Assembly (NCBI GenBank): GCA_017509565.1
Contig: JAFWPM010000069.1
Coordinates: forward strand, 1 to 62,263
DNA from: Kiritimatiellia bacterium
GTDB taxonomy: Bacteria; Verrucomicrobiota; Kiritimatiellia; RFP12; JAAYLN01
Direction of reading: 5' to 3'
Length of the DNA: 62,263 bases
The notes under the pieces were generated by a model. That model did not search any database and had not been told where the DNA came from. It saw only the letters and a program-made list of their open reading frames with translations. The position numbers and the translations under genes were made by a program. Within the stretch, counting starts at the first letter, position 1, and each line of letters opens with the position of its first letter. Positions 49,404 to 62,263 of this stretch are shown here, piece after piece.

Positions 49404-50354
49404 ATGAGGCTCCTGGAAGTCGAAAACCTGGGCCTAGGCTTCGGCGGGGCGGGGATTCTGCGCGGCGTGAGCTTCGGCGTCGGGCCGGGCGAGCGCGTCG
49501 CGCTTGTCGGCGAGAGCGGCTGCGGCAAGAGCATGACGCTCCATGCCCTGACGCGGCTGCCGCCAACCGACGCGGCGAACGTCACCGGGGAGGTCCGCTT
49601 CATGGGCGCGCCGCTGCGCGGGCCGCACCCACGCATTTCATACGTCTTCCAGGATCCCATGGCGTCGCTCGACCCCGTCATGCGCATCGGGCGCCAGCTG
49701 CGCGAGGCCTGCGTGGAGCCGGGCGAGGGCCGCGCCGCGCGGGACGCCAGGATCGCCGAAACGCTCCGCGCGGTGGACCTGCGCGACCCGGACGCGGTCA
49801 TGCGCTCGTTCCCCTGCGAACTCAGCGGCGGGATGTGCCAGCGCGCGATGATCGCGATGGCGCTCCTGCGCAACCCGGCGCTGCTGGTGGCCGACGAGCC
49901 GACCACGGCGCTTGACGCGACTACGCAGGCCGATGTCATGGCGCTGCTGGGCCGCGTCGTCCGCGAGCGCGGGATGGCGCTTTTGCTGGCGACGCACAAC
50001 ATCACGCTCGTCGCCGGGATGTGCGACACCGTGAACGTCTTCTACGCCGGGCAGATCGTGGAGAGCGGGCCGGCGCGCGAGGTCGCGGGGAACCCGCTGC
50101 ACCCCTACACGCGCGGGCTCATGGCGGCGGTGCCGCGCATATCCGGGCGGCGGGCCGCCGACCTGCGCGACATCCCCGGCGAAGTTCCGTCCCCCGCGGA
50201 AATCGAGGCGGAGTGCCGGCGCGACGGCGGCTGGGCCTGCGCCTTCCGGCCCCGATGCGCCTTCGCGGAACCCGGATGCGGCGCCGCGCTTGCGCCGCGC
50301 CGCCTGGGCGGAAGGACGGTGGTTTGCAAAAACAAGCCGCTTGAAGTATCATAG
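49404..50354 (+). CDS. Oligopeptide/dipeptide ABC transporter ATPase (OppD/DppD-like)
   Basis: 'GESGCGKS', 'LSGGMCQR', 'ADEPTTALD', 'HPYT', 'CAFRPRC'. Confidence 0.9.
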   Translation: MRLLEVENLGLGFGGAGILRGVSFGVGPGERVALVGESGCGKSMTLHALTRLPPTDAANVTGEVRFMGAPLRGPHPRISYVFQDPMASLDPVMRIGRQLREACVEPGEGRAARDARIAETLRAVDLRDPDAVMRSFPCELSGGMCQRAMIAMALLRNPALLVADEPTTALDATTQADVMALLGRVVRERGMALLLATHNITLVAGMCDTVNVFYAGQIVESGPAREVAGNPLHPYTRGLMAAVPRISGRRAADLRDIPGEVPSPAEIEAECRRDGGWACAFRPRCAFAEPGCGAALAPRRLGGRTVVCKNKPLEVS

Positions 50355-50382
50355 TCTTACTAACTTTGAAAGGCCCCACACC

Positions 50383-51663
50383 ATGCTAGACATCAGGAAA
50401 ATCCGCGAAACACCAGACGAAGTCAAGGCAGGCCTCGCCGCCCGCGAGGCCGACCCGGCCGCCGTGGACGAAATCATAGCCCTCGACGCCGTGCGCCGTG
50501 AAAAGACCTCCGCAGTCCAGGCGCTCCAGGGCGATCGCAACGCGATGTCGAAGAAAATCGGCGCCGCCCGCAAGGCCGGCGAGGACACCGCCGCCCTCCA
50601 GGCCGAGGTCCGCGAACTCGGCGAACGCATCGCCGCCCTTGACAGGGAGGCCTCCGAAATCGACGAGAGGCAGCGCACGCTGCTCCTCTCGCTTCCCAAC
50701 CTCCCGGCCCCGGGCGTCGTCCCCGGCGGCAAGGAGGCGAACGAGACCGTCTCCGTCTGGGGCGAAAAGCCCGTCTTCGACTTTGAGCCAAAGGACCATG
50801 TCGAGCTCTGCACGAAGCTCGGGCTCATCGACTACGACCGCGGCGTCCGCATGGGCGGCAATGGCTTCTGGCTCTACCGCGGCCTCGGCGCCCGCCTCGA
50901 ATGGGCCCTTCTCAACTACTTCATCCAGGAGCACATAAAGGACGGCTTCGAATTCATCCTGCCGCCGCACCTGCTGAACTACGAATGCGGCCTCACGGCC
51001 GGGCAGTTCCCGAAGTTCGAGGAGGACGTCTTCCGGCTGAAGGAGGAGGGCTTCCAGTTCCTGCTCCCGACGGCCGAGACGGCGCTCGTCAACCTGCACC
51101 GCGGCGAGATCCTGGAGGAAAAGGACCTGCCGCAGAAGCTCTTCGCCTACACCCCGTGCTACCGCCGCGAGGCGGGCTCCTACCGCAAGGAGGAGCGCGG
51201 AATGGTCCGCGGCCACCAGTTCAACAAGGTGGAGATGTTCGCCTACACGCTGCCCGAGCAGTCGTCCGACATGCTCCAGCTGCTCATCCGCAAGGCGTGC
51301 GCGCTCGTCGAGGGCCTCGGCCTCCACTACCGCCTTTCCAAGCTCGCGGCCGGCGACTGCTCCGCCTCGATGGCGACCACCTACGACGTCGAACTCTGGA
51401 TACCGTCGATGGGCGTCTACAAGGAATGCTCGTCGGTCTCGAACGCCATGGACTACCAGGCGCGCCGCGGCAACATGCGCTTCCGCCGGGCCGCCACCAA
51501 GAAGACCGAGTTCCTGCATACGCTCAACGGTTCCGGGCTCGCGACATCGCGGCTTCTTCCGGCGATTGTCGAGCAGTTCCAGCAGGCCGACGGATCCGTG
51601 GTCGTCCCGGAGGCGCTCAGGGCGTTCATGGGCGGGATTGAGCGCATCGAACCGTGCAAGTAG
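50383..51663 (+). CDS. serS: Serine--tRNA ligase
   Basis: 'PTAE', 'YRREAG', 'RGHQFNKVE', 'HTLNGSGLA'. Confidence 0.97.
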   Translation: MLDIRKIRETPDEVKAGLAAREADPAAVDEIIALDAVRREKTSAVQALQGDRNAMSKKIGAARKAGEDTAALQAEVRELGERIAALDREASEIDERQRTLLLSLPNLPAPGVVPGGKEANETVSVWGEKPVFDFEPKDHVELCTKLGLIDYDRGVRMGGNGFWLYRGLGARLEWALLNYFIQEHIKDGFEFILPPHLLNYECGLTAGQFPKFEEDVFRLKEEGFQFLLPTAETALVNLHRGEILEEKDLPQKLFAYTPCYRREAGSYRKEERGMVRGHQFNKVEMFAYTLPEQSSDMLQLLIRKACALVEGLGLHYRLSKLAAGDCSASMATTYDVELWIPSMGVYKECSSVSNAMDYQARRGNMRFRRAATKKTEFLHTLNGSGLATSRLLPAIVEQFQQADGSVVVPEALRAFMGGIERIEPCK

Positions 51664-51729
51664 GCTGGAGGCAGGGATGTCTGGAAGCCTAGGCGCCCCA
51701 GGTGCCTAGGCGCCCGGAAGCCCGGCGCC

Positions 51730-52674
51730 ATGGATATGGCCAGAAGACTCCGCCACTGCTGCGAATACGCCGGCGCCGCCGTCGCGCTCCTGCTTGCGCG
51801 GATTCTGCCCTTCGGCGCGCTGTGCTTCATCGCGCGCCGGCTGGCCTCGCTCGCCTTCGCGCTGATGCGGGGCCGCCGGGAGACCGCCATCGGCAACATC
51901 CTGATGACCGGCGTCGCGCGCGACCGCCGCGAGGCCGCGCGCATTGCGCGGGAGTCCTTCGCAAGCCTTGCGCTGACCGTCGTGGAGTCCGTGACCGTCC
52001 CGCGGATGCTCGCCAGCCCGGCGCGCGCGGCCCGCGTGAAGATCGACGTGGACGCGCCGCCGGAGACCATGGCCGCATTCGAGAAGCAAGGCTGCGGCTT
52101 CATGCTCGTAAGCGCGCACCTGGGCAACTGGGAGCTCGCCGCTAAGGTCTGCTCCCGCTGGAAGCAGGTCACCGGCATCGCGCGCAGGATGGACAACCCG
52201 CTTGTCCAGCGGCTCATGGAGCGGCGCGGCGTCAGGGACGGGATGCGGACGATCGACAAGCACGACGCCCACCCGATGAAGATCGTGCGGGTCCTGAAGC
52301 GGGGCGGCGTCCTCGCGCTTCTCATGGACCAGCACGCGAGCGGCGACTCCGCCCTGACCGTTGACTTCCTTGGCATTCCGGCCCGCACCTACGGCACCCC
52401 GGCGATACTCCAGCGGCTGACGGGCGCCCCGATAGTCTTTGGCGCGGCCATCCGCAACGGCCCGCTTGACTTCACCCTCCACTTCTCGGAACCGGTCCAC
52501 TATTCCTTTGGCGCGGGCACGGCCGATGACGACATCCTCGCGGCCACTCGCGATGTCGCGGCCCGCCTGGGCGACTACATCCGCCGCTGGCCCGAACAAT
52601 ACCTCTGGGCCCACCGCCGCTGGAAGGCGGAAGGGGCTGGCAGGCTGCAGGTTCGGCCAGCCGCCGGCCGCTGA
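51730..52674 (+). CDS. Lipid A lauroyl/late acyltransferase (LpxL/HtrB family)
   Basis: 'HLGNWE', 'LMDQ', 'VDFLG', 'PEQYLWAHRRWK'. Confidence 0.9.
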   Translation: MDMARRLRHCCEYAGAAVALLLARILPFGALCFIARRLASLAFALMRGRRETAIGNILMTGVARDRREAARIARESFASLALTVVESVTVPRMLASPARAARVKIDVDAPPETMAAFEKQGCGFMLVSAHLGNWELAAKVCSRWKQVTGIARRMDNPLVQRLMERRGVRDGMRTIDKHDAHPMKIVRVLKRGGVLALLMDQHASGDSALTVDFLGIPARTYGTPAILQRLTGAPIVFGAAIRNGPLDFTLHFSEPVHYSFGAGTADDDILAATRDVAARLGDYIRRWPEQYLWAHRRWKAEGAGRLQVRPAAGR

Positions 52675-52743
52675 CAAACAACCACAATCTTTCGCGCGCA
52701 CGCGAATGCTTGCCATTTGGTATAATCATATTGGGTGGATTTT

Positions 52744-53607
52744 ATGTTCAAAATCGTCGAAAAGAAGAGACTTTCCGATCTCGTCTACATGATGAAGATC
52801 GAGGCGCCGCAGATCGCGGCGGCACGCAAGGCCGGGCAGTTCATCATCCTCCAGGTCGAGCCGGAGTGGGGGGAGCGCATACCGCTGACAATTTCCGACG
52901 CCGACCCGGAGGCCGGCACGGTCTCCATTGCCTTCCAGCCGGTCGGCCTGACGACGAAGCTCCTCGCGACCAAGGAGGTCGGCGACGAGCTCGCGGCGGT
53001 CCTCGGCCCGCTTGGCAACCCCTCGGAAATCGCCAAGTTCGGCCATGTGGTGTGCGTTGGCGGCGGCTTCGGCACGGCGCCGCTGTTCCCGATAGTCGAG
53101 GCGCTCAAGGCCGCCGGCAACTACGTCACCTGCATCATCGGCTACCGCACAAAGGACCTCGTGATCCTCGAAAAGGAGATGCGCGCGCTTGCCGACGAGG
53201 TGGTCGTGATGACCGACGACGGCTCCTACGGGCGCCAGGGCGTCGTCACCATCCCGCTGAAGGAGATGTGCGAGAGCGACACCCCGCCGGACCGCGTAAT
53301 AGCCATCGGGCCGCCCATCATGATGAAGTTCTGCGCCGAGACGACCCGCCCCTACGGCGTCAAGACGATCGTGTCGCTCAACACGATCATGATCGACGGC
53401 ACGGGGATGTGCGGCGGATGCCGGGCAATTGTCGGCGGCGCCACGAAGTTCGTCTGCGTCGACGGCCCGGAGTTCGACGCCCACCAGGTCGATTTCGACA
53501 ACATGATGCAGCGCATGAAGGCATTCGTGCCCCAGGAGAAGGCCATCCTCGAAAAGCACCGGTGCAATCTCCTGAAGGCGGCGGACGCGCTTGCCGCGAA
53601 GGCCTGA
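52744..53607 (+). CDS. nfnA: NfnA/SudB-type electron-transfer subunit (FAD/NAD, 2Fe-2S)
   Basis: 'GERIPLTI', 'GPLG', 'MIDGTGMCGGCR', 'CVDGPEFD'. Confidence 0.88.
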   Translation: MFKIVEKKRLSDLVYMMKIEAPQIAAARKAGQFIILQVEPEWGERIPLTISDADPEAGTVSIAFQPVGLTTKLLATKEVGDELAAVLGPLGNPSEIAKFGHVVCVGGGFGTAPLFPIVEALKAAGNYVTCIIGYRTKDLVILEKEMRALADEVVVMTDDGSYGRQGVVTIPLKEMCESDTPPDRVIAIGPPIMMKFCAETTRPYGVKTIVSLNTIMIDGTGMCGGCRAIVGGATKFVCVDGPEFDAHQVDFDNMMQRMKAFVPQEKAILEKHRCNLLKAADALAAKA

Positions 53608-53647
53608 TTTGACAACACCCTGATGTGACGCCCCGCGCGACAATCCC

Positions 53648-55018
53648 ATGCTGGCCGTATCCGTATTCTCAATTCTCTCGCTCCTGCTCGTGTGCGGCAA
53701 GGTGCTACGGGTGAACCTCTCGTTCCTGCAGCGGCTCTATCTGCCGAGTTCCGTGATAGGCGGGCTTGTCGGACTCGCCGCAATCAGCGTTTTCCGCGAC
53801 AAGGTTCCGCCCGAATGGGTCGCCTGTGCGCAGAAGTTCCCCGGATTTCTCATTAACGTCATCTTCGCGACGCTCTTCCTCGGCGTCGCCACGCCACGCT
53901 TTGGAACGGTCGTTCGCATTGCCTTCCCGCAACTTTGCTTCGGCCAGCTCCTCGCCTGGGGGCAATACGTCCTCGGCCTTGGTCTGGCGGGGTTCGTCCT
54001 CGTTCCGCTGTTCGGCGTCCCGCCAGCCTTCGGGAATCTCCTTGAAATCGGATTCCAGGGAGGCCACGGGACAGTTGGCGGAATGTCCGAAAGCTTCCGC
54101 TCGTTCGGCTGGGAAGATGGCATAGACCTTGGGCTGACCGTCGCCACGGTAGGCATGATCGTAGGCGTCGTCGTGGGCATGGCGCTTGTCGGGTGGGCCT
54201 ACGGGCGCGGCTATGTCAAGGAAGTCCTTTCATTTGACGAGCGCCCGGAACTAGAGCGGCGCGGGATACACCCGCCCGATGCCAGGCCTGCGGCCGGGCG
54301 ACAGACGGTATGCAGCGATTCGATCGACTCGCTGGCCTGGCACATTGCAATAGTGGGACTCGCCGTAGGCATCGGCTATCTGCTGTTGCTCGGGCTCCAG
54401 CACGCGGAAGTCGCGCTGTTCCCGAACGCAACGCGCAGGCTGTTCACCGGCTTCCCCCTCTTCCCGCTGTGCATGATAGGCGGAGTTTTGCTTCAGTCGG
54501 CGGTAACGCGCTGCGGCGGATCGCTTCTCGTGGATCACGGGCAGATGCAGCGGCTGTCCGGCGCCGCGCTAGATTTCCTCGTCCTTTCCGCCGTAGCGAC
54601 AATCAAACTCTCTGTCGTCGCGGCCAACTGGGCGCCTTTGCTGGCGCTATGCCTGTGCGGGACGCTCCTCAGCCTGCTTCTTGTGGTGTTCCTGGCGCCG
54701 CGCCTGTTCCGCGAGGCATGGTTCGAGCGCGCAATCGCCGAATTCGGCCAATCCACCGGCGTGACCGCGACCGGGCTTCTCCTGCTGCGCACCGTCGATC
54801 CCGAATCAAAGACGGTCGCGGCCGCGTCGTTCGGCTACAAGCAGCTGCTTCACGAGCCGTTCATGGGCGGCGGTCTCTGGACGGCGCTGGCGCTCACGCT
54901 GGTCTATCAGTTCGGCTGGAAGCCAGTGTGGTATTTCAGCGTCGCGATGGCCGCAGCATGGTCAGTCGCCGCATATCTTGTAATACGCGCCAACCGGCGC
55001 AAGGCCGGACACAAGTAG
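53648..55018 (+). CDS. gltS: Sodium/glutamate symporter family protein
   Basis: 'LPSSVIGG', 'GFQGGHGT', 'GQSTGVTATG...DP'. Confidence 0.85.
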   Translation: MLAVSVFSILSLLLVCGKVLRVNLSFLQRLYLPSSVIGGLVGLAAISVFRDKVPPEWVACAQKFPGFLINVIFATLFLGVATPRFGTVVRIAFPQLCFGQLLAWGQYVLGLGLAGFVLVPLFGVPPAFGNLLEIGFQGGHGTVGGMSESFRSFGWEDGIDLGLTVATVGMIVGVVVGMALVGWAYGRGYVKEVLSFDERPELERRGIHPPDARPAAGRQTVCSDSIDSLAWHIAIVGLAVGIGYLLLLGLQHAEVALFPNATRRLFTGFPLFPLCMIGGVLLQSAVTRCGGSLLVDHGQMQRLSGAALDFLVLSAVATIKLSVVAANWAPLLALCLCGTLLSLLLVVFLAPRLFREAWFERAIAEFGQSTGVTATGLLLLRTVDPESKTVAAASFGYKQLLHEPFMGGGLWTALALTLVYQFGWKPVWYFSVAMAAAWSVAAYLVIRANRRKAGHK

Positions 55019-55075
55019 ATTTCCGAGCGGTTCGAACGTCCTGCACAATTTAAGACACTGCCAACAAAAAGGAAA

Positions 55076-56332
55076 ATGCCGACAACGTCAAAAATTTGCA
55101 AAGAAGCGGGGAAGGCGCAGTTCGACTGGCCGGCATTTCTTGAAAATGCCGCCGGCCGGGTACTTGACTTCGGCGACATGCCAGAAGAGGCGCGGGAGGC
55201 GGCGGCCGGAGGCTACGCGGAGGCCGTCCGGCTGGGCTACGCCGTCGGGACCTCCTCCACCCAGCCCGAATACCTCGACGGAAACCAGCTCGTCTTCTGG
55301 CCGGTAAAAAAGCCGCGCAACAAGGCCGTGCTGAGTTTCCCGGCGAGAAAGACCGCGCCCGCTGTCCACGCTGACTTCGGCGAGATTGCCCTAGGTGACG
55401 CGTTGCTCCACTACGCCAAATGGCCGCAACCGACCGTGATTGTCTCCGATGGCCCTTACGGGCTGGCGAGCTTCCCCGGCGACCCGCCAACGGCAGAGGG
55501 CCTTGCCGAATGGTACCGCCCCCATGTCAAAGCCTGGCACGACCACGCCCTGCCGTCGGCAACGCTCTGGTTCTGGAATTCCGAACAGGGCTGGGCAAAC
55601 TGCCACCGCATGATCGAGGAATGCGGCTGGGAGTTCAGGAACTGCCACATTTGGGACAAGGGAATGTCGCACATTGCCGGGAACTGCAACACCCGCACGA
55701 TACGCAAGTATCCAGTTGTCACCGAGGTTTGCGTCCAGTATGTCCGTAAAAACACCTTGACGTCTGGTGGCAAAAGCCTGCCATTGCGCGAATGGCTGCG
55801 CGCGGAGTGGGCTAGAAGCGGGCTGCCATTCAGCAAAACCAACGTTGCGTGTGGTGTGGCCGATGCCGCCACGCGCAAGTATTTCACAAAGGACCACCTC
55901 TGGTATTTTCCTCCGCCCGATGCGCTCATGAAGTTGGCCGAATATGCGAACGCTCATGGCCGTCATACGGGGAAGCCGTATTTTTCCAAAGACGACGGGA
56001 ATGCGTTTACTGCGGAAGAATGGGAGCTGATGCGGGCGAAGTTCCACTGCGAGATTGGCGTTTCGAATGTCTGGCATGAGAAAGCCGTCCGCGGCGCCGA
56101 GCGGATGAAGGTCGGGAATGCCTCCGTCCACATGAACCAAAAACCGTTGAGTCTGCTCTCGCAGATCATCCGCTCGACATCGGATGCCGGAGATGTTGTC
56201 TGGGAACCCTTTGGCGGACTTTGCTCGGCGTCGGTTGCTGCTATCAGGCTTGGCCGCATCCCGTATGCCGCCGAAATCAACGAAAAGTTCTTCACTCTGG
56301 CAAAGAAAAGGCTGGAAAATGAACGGAAATAA
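55076..56332 (+). CDS. Beta-class N4/N6 DNA methyltransferase with N-terminal extension
   Basis: Motif IV 'SDGPY', 'HMNQKP', motif I 'VVWEPFGGLCS', 'AEIN'. Confidence 0.85.
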   Translation: MPTTSKICKEAGKAQFDWPAFLENAAGRVLDFGDMPEEAREAAAGGYAEAVRLGYAVGTSSTQPEYLDGNQLVFWPVKKPRNKAVLSFPARKTAPAVHADFGEIALGDALLHYAKWPQPTVIVSDGPYGLASFPGDPPTAEGLAEWYRPHVKAWHDHALPSATLWFWNSEQGWANCHRMIEECGWEFRNCHIWDKGMSHIAGNCNTRTIRKYPVVTEVCVQYVRKNTLTSGGKSLPLREWLRAEWARSGLPFSKTNVACGVADAATRKYFTKDHLWYFPPPDALMKLAEYANAHGRHTGKPYFSKDDGNAFTAEEWELMRAKFHCEIGVSNVWHEKAVRGAERMKVGNASVHMNQKPLSLLSQIIRSTSDAGDVVWEPFGGLCSASVAAIRLGRIPYAAEINEKFFTLAKKRLENERK

Positions 56333-57251
56333 TGGCAGATCCCTTAGCCCACAAAAATCGGCCCCTTCAAAAACATGGACGCACTACGCGCTTTGGTGTG
56401 GCGTCCGCGACGCGCTATCGGCTCTTCCTGCCTACTTCCACAGCGACACGTTCATCGAAGGCGTGAGCGCAACGGACATCTTTGCGCTGAACAGCGCCTT
56501 GGCGGCCACAATTGAAAACCAGGTGGTCGATACCCTCAATCGAATAAGGAGCGTATGGGATCCGGCGGATAAATACGGGGCATGCTGTTTTGTGCGCCAG
56601 CCGCAGTCGTTCCCCGATGTTGTGCTGAAGGATCTGGCAAATCCTGATTCTCCGCCATTGCTGGGTATCGAACTCAAAGGATGGTATCTTCTGGCAAAGG
56701 AAGGGGAGCCAAGCATGCGCTTCACCCAAACTGAGGCCGCATGTGCCGAGGCAGACTTGATCATGGTGGTGCCCTGGGTGCTGGCAAGCGTCATTTCCGG
56801 CCGCCCTGTGATATTTGCGCCATACATTGAGGGAGCCCGTTATGCAGCCCGTTATCGCAATTACTACTGGGAAGAACTTAGAGGCGCAAAAGCGGCGACG
56901 GGAATAACCGTTCCCTCAAACGCCCACCCATACCCAAAGGCCAATGAAGCAACAACTGACAAGCCAAGGGTTGACGGCGGCGGAAATTTCGGACGGATAG
57001 CAAGGACTGGAATCATGGACGACTATCTGCGGCGCATGATGGTGCAGCCGGTCTGCGGAATTCAGGCCCGATATTGGCTTGAATTCTTCAAAATATTCCA
57101 CCAGGACGCAACCGATGCAACCATTGCCGCAGCACTTAAGCGACTCAAAGAACAGGTCGGCTTTCTTTCAACGCCCGCCATGCGCGCTGAATTTCAGAAT
57201 GTTATTGCCGCGCTGGAGAAGCTGGCGGTTACAGAATGCGAAAATGGCTGA
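56319..57251 (+). CDS. Putative PD-(D/E)xK restriction endonuclease
   Basis: 'QSFPDVVL...GIELKGW'; overlaps the methylase stop; AT-richer than flanks. Confidence 0.6.
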   Translation: MNGNNGRSLSPQKSAPSKTWTHYALWCGVRDALSALPAYFHSDTFIEGVSATDIFALNSALAATIENQVVDTLNRIRSVWDPADKYGACCFVRQPQSFPDVVLKDLANPDSPPLLGIELKGWYLLAKEGEPSMRFTQTEAACAEADLIMVVPWVLASVISGRPVIFAPYIEGARYAARYRNYYWEELRGAKAATGITVPSNAHPYPKANEATTDKPRVDGGGNFGRIARTGIMDDYLRRMMVQPVCGIQARYWLEFFKIFHQDATDATIAAALKRLKEQVGFLSTPAMRAEFQNVIAALEKLAVTECENG

Positions 57252-57340
57252 ATCCACCCTTTCGCAATGAACGCCGTTGCATGATCTGCAAGTTCTACAC
57301 CGTTAAACAACACACTTGAAAATTTTTGAATGCGGAGAGA

Positions 57341-58762
57341 ATGACTATGACCCCCAAGGAGAAGATGGCGATACCGCCGCAGGAGATGCCGAGCCAGGAT
57401 CCGAAAGTCCGGGCCCACAACATGAAGGAAGTGGCGCTTGGCTACACCGCCGAGATGGCGAAGACCGAGGCCAGCCGCTGCCTTGGCTGCAAGAACGCGC
57501 CGTGCATGGCCGGATGCCCCGTGAAGATCCGCATCCCCGAATTCCTGGCAAAGGCCGCCGAAGGCGATTTCGACGGCGCGATTTCCATAATCCGCGAAAG
57601 CTCGCTGCTGCCCGGCATCTGCGGCCGCGTCTGCCCGCAGGAGAAGCAGTGCCAGGCGAACTGCACGCTCGGCAAGGCCCTGAAGGACGTCGGCAAGGCC
57701 GTCGCCATCGGCCGCGTGGAGCGCTTCTGCGCCGACCTCCAGCGCGAAAGCGGCAAGCAGGCCCCCGCTCCAGTGAAGCCATCAACCGGCAAGAAGGTCG
57801 CCGTGATCGGCTCCGGGCCGGCGGGAATCGCCGCCGCCGCCGACCTGCGGCGCGCCGGCCACGACGTGACGGTCTTCGAGGCTTTCCACAAGCCGGGCGG
57901 CGTCCTCGTCTACGGAATTCCGGAATTCCGCCTTCCAAAGTCCATCGTCCAGGCCGAAATCGACGGCCTCAGGGCGATGGGCGTGAAGATCGTGACAAAC
58001 TACGTCGTCGGGCGCACCCGCCGCATCGCCGACCTTGTGGGGCGGGACGGCTTCGACGCCGTGTTCATCGGCACCGGCGCCGGCCTCCCGAAGTTCATGG
58101 GCATTCCCGGCGAGAGCATGGTGGGCGTATATTCCGCCAACGAATACCTCACGCGCGCCAACCTCATGAAGGCATACGACGGCGAACACGCCCACACCCC
58201 GGCCATAGTCTCGAAGAAGGTCGCCGTCCTCGGCGGCGGCAACGTCGCGATGGATGCGGCGCGCATGGCCCTGCGCCTCGGCGCCGAGGAGGTCCACATT
58301 ATCTACCGGCGCTCCGAGCACGAGCTCCCGGCGCGCGTCGAGGAGGTCCGCCACGCGAAGGAGGAGGGCGTCATATTCCACATGCTCGTCAACGCTACGG
58401 CCGTCATCGGCAACGAGCACGGGCGCGTCCACGCCATCACCTGCGTCCGCTACGAACTCGGGGAGCCGGACGCCACCGGGCGCCGCACCCCGATCATGAT
58501 CCCAGGCAGCGAATTCTCATTCCCGGTCGATACGGTGATCGTCGCCATCGGCAACGGCTCCAACCCGCTGGTCGCCAGAACCACGGAGGGCCTGGAGGTA
58601 GACCGCCGCGGCAACATCGTCGTCGACGAAAACAACAAGACCTCGATCGACGGCATCTACGCCGGAGGGGACATCGTCCTTGGCGCGGCCACGGTCATCC
58701 TCGCGATGGGCGAGGGCCGGTCCGCCGCCGCCGCGATCAACGACTGGCTTTCCAGGAAGTAA
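57341..58762 (+). CDS. nfnB: NfnB/SudA (GltD-like NADPH oxidoreductase)
   Basis: '[16 protein letters not shown]', '[10 protein letters not shown]', 'GSGPAG', 'GGGNVAMD', '[11 protein letters not shown]'. Confidence 0.9.
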   Translation: MTMTPKEKMAIPPQEMPSQDPKVRAHNMKEVALGYTAEMAKTEASRCLGCKNAPCMAGCPVKIRIPEFLAKAAEGDFDGAISIIRESSLLPGICGRVCPQEKQCQANCTLGKALKDVGKAVAIGRVERFCADLQRESGKQAPAPVKPSTGKKVAVIGSGPAGIAAAADLRRAGHDVTVFEAFHKPGGVLVYGIPEFRLPKSIVQAEIDGLRAMGVKIVTNYVVGRTRRIADLVGRDGFDAVFIGTGAGLPKFMGIPGESMVGVYSANEYLTRANLMKAYDGEHAHTPAIVSKKVAVLGGGNVAMDAARMALRLGAEEVHIIYRRSEHELPARVEEVRHAKEEGVIFHMLVNATAVIGNEHGRVHAITCVRYELGEPDATGRRTPIMIPGSEFSFPVDTVIVAIGNGSNPLVARTTEGLEVDRRGNIVVDENNKTSIDGIYAGGDIVLGAATVILAMGEGRSAAAAINDWLSRK

Positions 58763-58796
58763 CCCGCAACACCACCACACCAGACAGGCACACCAA

Positions 58797-61346
<2,550 letters not shown>

Positions 61347-61401
61347 CCGGACGATTTGATAGAATGGATGGCCTGATTCACAAGTTTAGGAGAGAACAAT
61401 A

Positions 61402-62263
61402 ATGGTCAAGAAACCTGTTGCAATAATCATCCGCGACGGCTGGGGCATCAACCCGCTCGCCAAGGGAAACGCCGTATTTGAAGCGAAAACCCCCAACATC
61501 GACCGCTACAAGTCGCGCTACCCCTGGACCCGCCTCCAGTGCTGCGGCGAGGCCGTGGGCCTCCCCGACGGATACCAGGGCTCCAGCGAAGTCGGCCACC
61601 TCAACATGGGCGCCGGCCGCGTCGTCATCCAGGAGCTGAAGCGCATCGACGACGGCCTCTCCTCCGGCGAGCTCTTCGAGTCGCCCAAATGGAAGAAGCT
61701 CATCGCCGACTGGAAGGCGAACAACTCGACATTCCATTTCTTCGGGCTCCTCCAGGACGAGGGCGTCCACGCCCACCAGGAGCACCTCTTCAAGCTGATG
61801 CGCCGCGCCCGCGCCGAATTCCCCGCCGGCCGGATCGTCGTCCACCCCTTCCTCGACGGCCGCGACACCCCGCCGCGTTCGACCCTCGAATACATCGCCC
61901 GCCTCGAATCCGAGATGAAGGACGTTGGCGGCTGCGCGATCGGCACCGTGATGGGCCGCTACTACGCGATGGACCGCTCGAAGAAGTGGAACCTCACCGA
62001 CGAGGCCTTCGCCTGCCTGGTCGACGCGAAGGGCCGCCGCGCCGCCACGGCCGAGGAGGCCGTCCGCCAGTCATACGCCTCCGACAAGACGCCGGACGGC
62101 CAGGAGATGTACGACGAATACATCCCGTGCTTCGCGATCGGCGACTACACCGGCATAGCCGACGGCGACGTGGTGATGCACACCAACTACCGCCAGGACC
62201 GCGCCATCCAGCTCACCCAGGCCTTCGTCTCCGACGGCTACCCCGGAAAGCGCGCCCGCCGCC
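61402..62263 (+). CDS. gpmI: 2,3-bisphosphoglycerate-independent phosphoglycerate mutase, 3'-partial
   Basis: Manual translation: MVKKPVAIIIRDGWG...VGLPDGYQGSSEVGHLNMGAGR...DGRDTPP...GRYYAMDR. Confidence 0.95.
   Translation, partial: MVKKPVAIIIRDGWGINPLAKGNAVFEAKTPNIDRYKSRYPWTRLQCCGEAVGLPDGYQGSSEVGHLNMGAGRVVIQELKRIDDGLSSGELFESPKWKKLIADWKANNSTFHFFGLLQDEGVHAHQEHLFKLMRRARAEFPAGRIVVHPFLDGRDTPPRSTLEYIARLESEMKDVGGCAIGTVMGRYYAMDRSKKWNLTDEAFACLVDAKGRRAATAEEAVRQSYASDKTPDGQEMYDEYIPCFAIGDYTGIADGDVVMHTNYRQDRAIQLTQAFVSDGYPGKRARR

Overview
GC-rich bacterial chromosomal window. The protein styles (InlB-B/Flg_new-tailed surface proteins, an ECF sigma factor fused to a beta-helix protein, GH5-type CAZymes, lipid A acyltransferase) suggest a diderm PVC-group organism such as gut/rumen Kiritimatiellia; this is inference. 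From left to right it contains: a giant surface protein (5' end outside the window) with an AT-richer internal segment; an AAA/PD-(D/E)xK gene; a surface-glycan locus (2-hydroxyacid dehydrogenases, glycosyltransferases, Wzm/Wzt); and a ~3.5 kb AT-richer island between 37-bp direct repeats. The island holds a collapsed toxin gene with an AMOP-like tip, a putative immunity gene, a BglII-like nuclease, an MT-A70 methylase and an HNH remnant, with an ATPase remnant just outside the right repeat. Then follow rpmH-rnpA-yidD-yidC-uvrA, GTP-dependent PEPCK, an NCS2 permease, an ECF sigma factor fused in-frame to a secreted beta-helix protein plus two glycoside hydrolases, metXW-cysE-serC, serS, lpxL, an nfnAB pair split by gltS and a second R-M-like pair, leuS and partial gpmI. 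No rRNA, tRNA, CRISPR array or transposase was recognised. The top leads are the ECF-sigma/secreted-protein fusion with a probable internal start, the cysteine-free AMOP-like toxin/immunity pair, a colicin-M-like DxYDF domain in the middle of the giant surface protein, and a palindromic octamer-repeat element inserted in-frame in a gene. All family assignments are by motif recognition, not database search.
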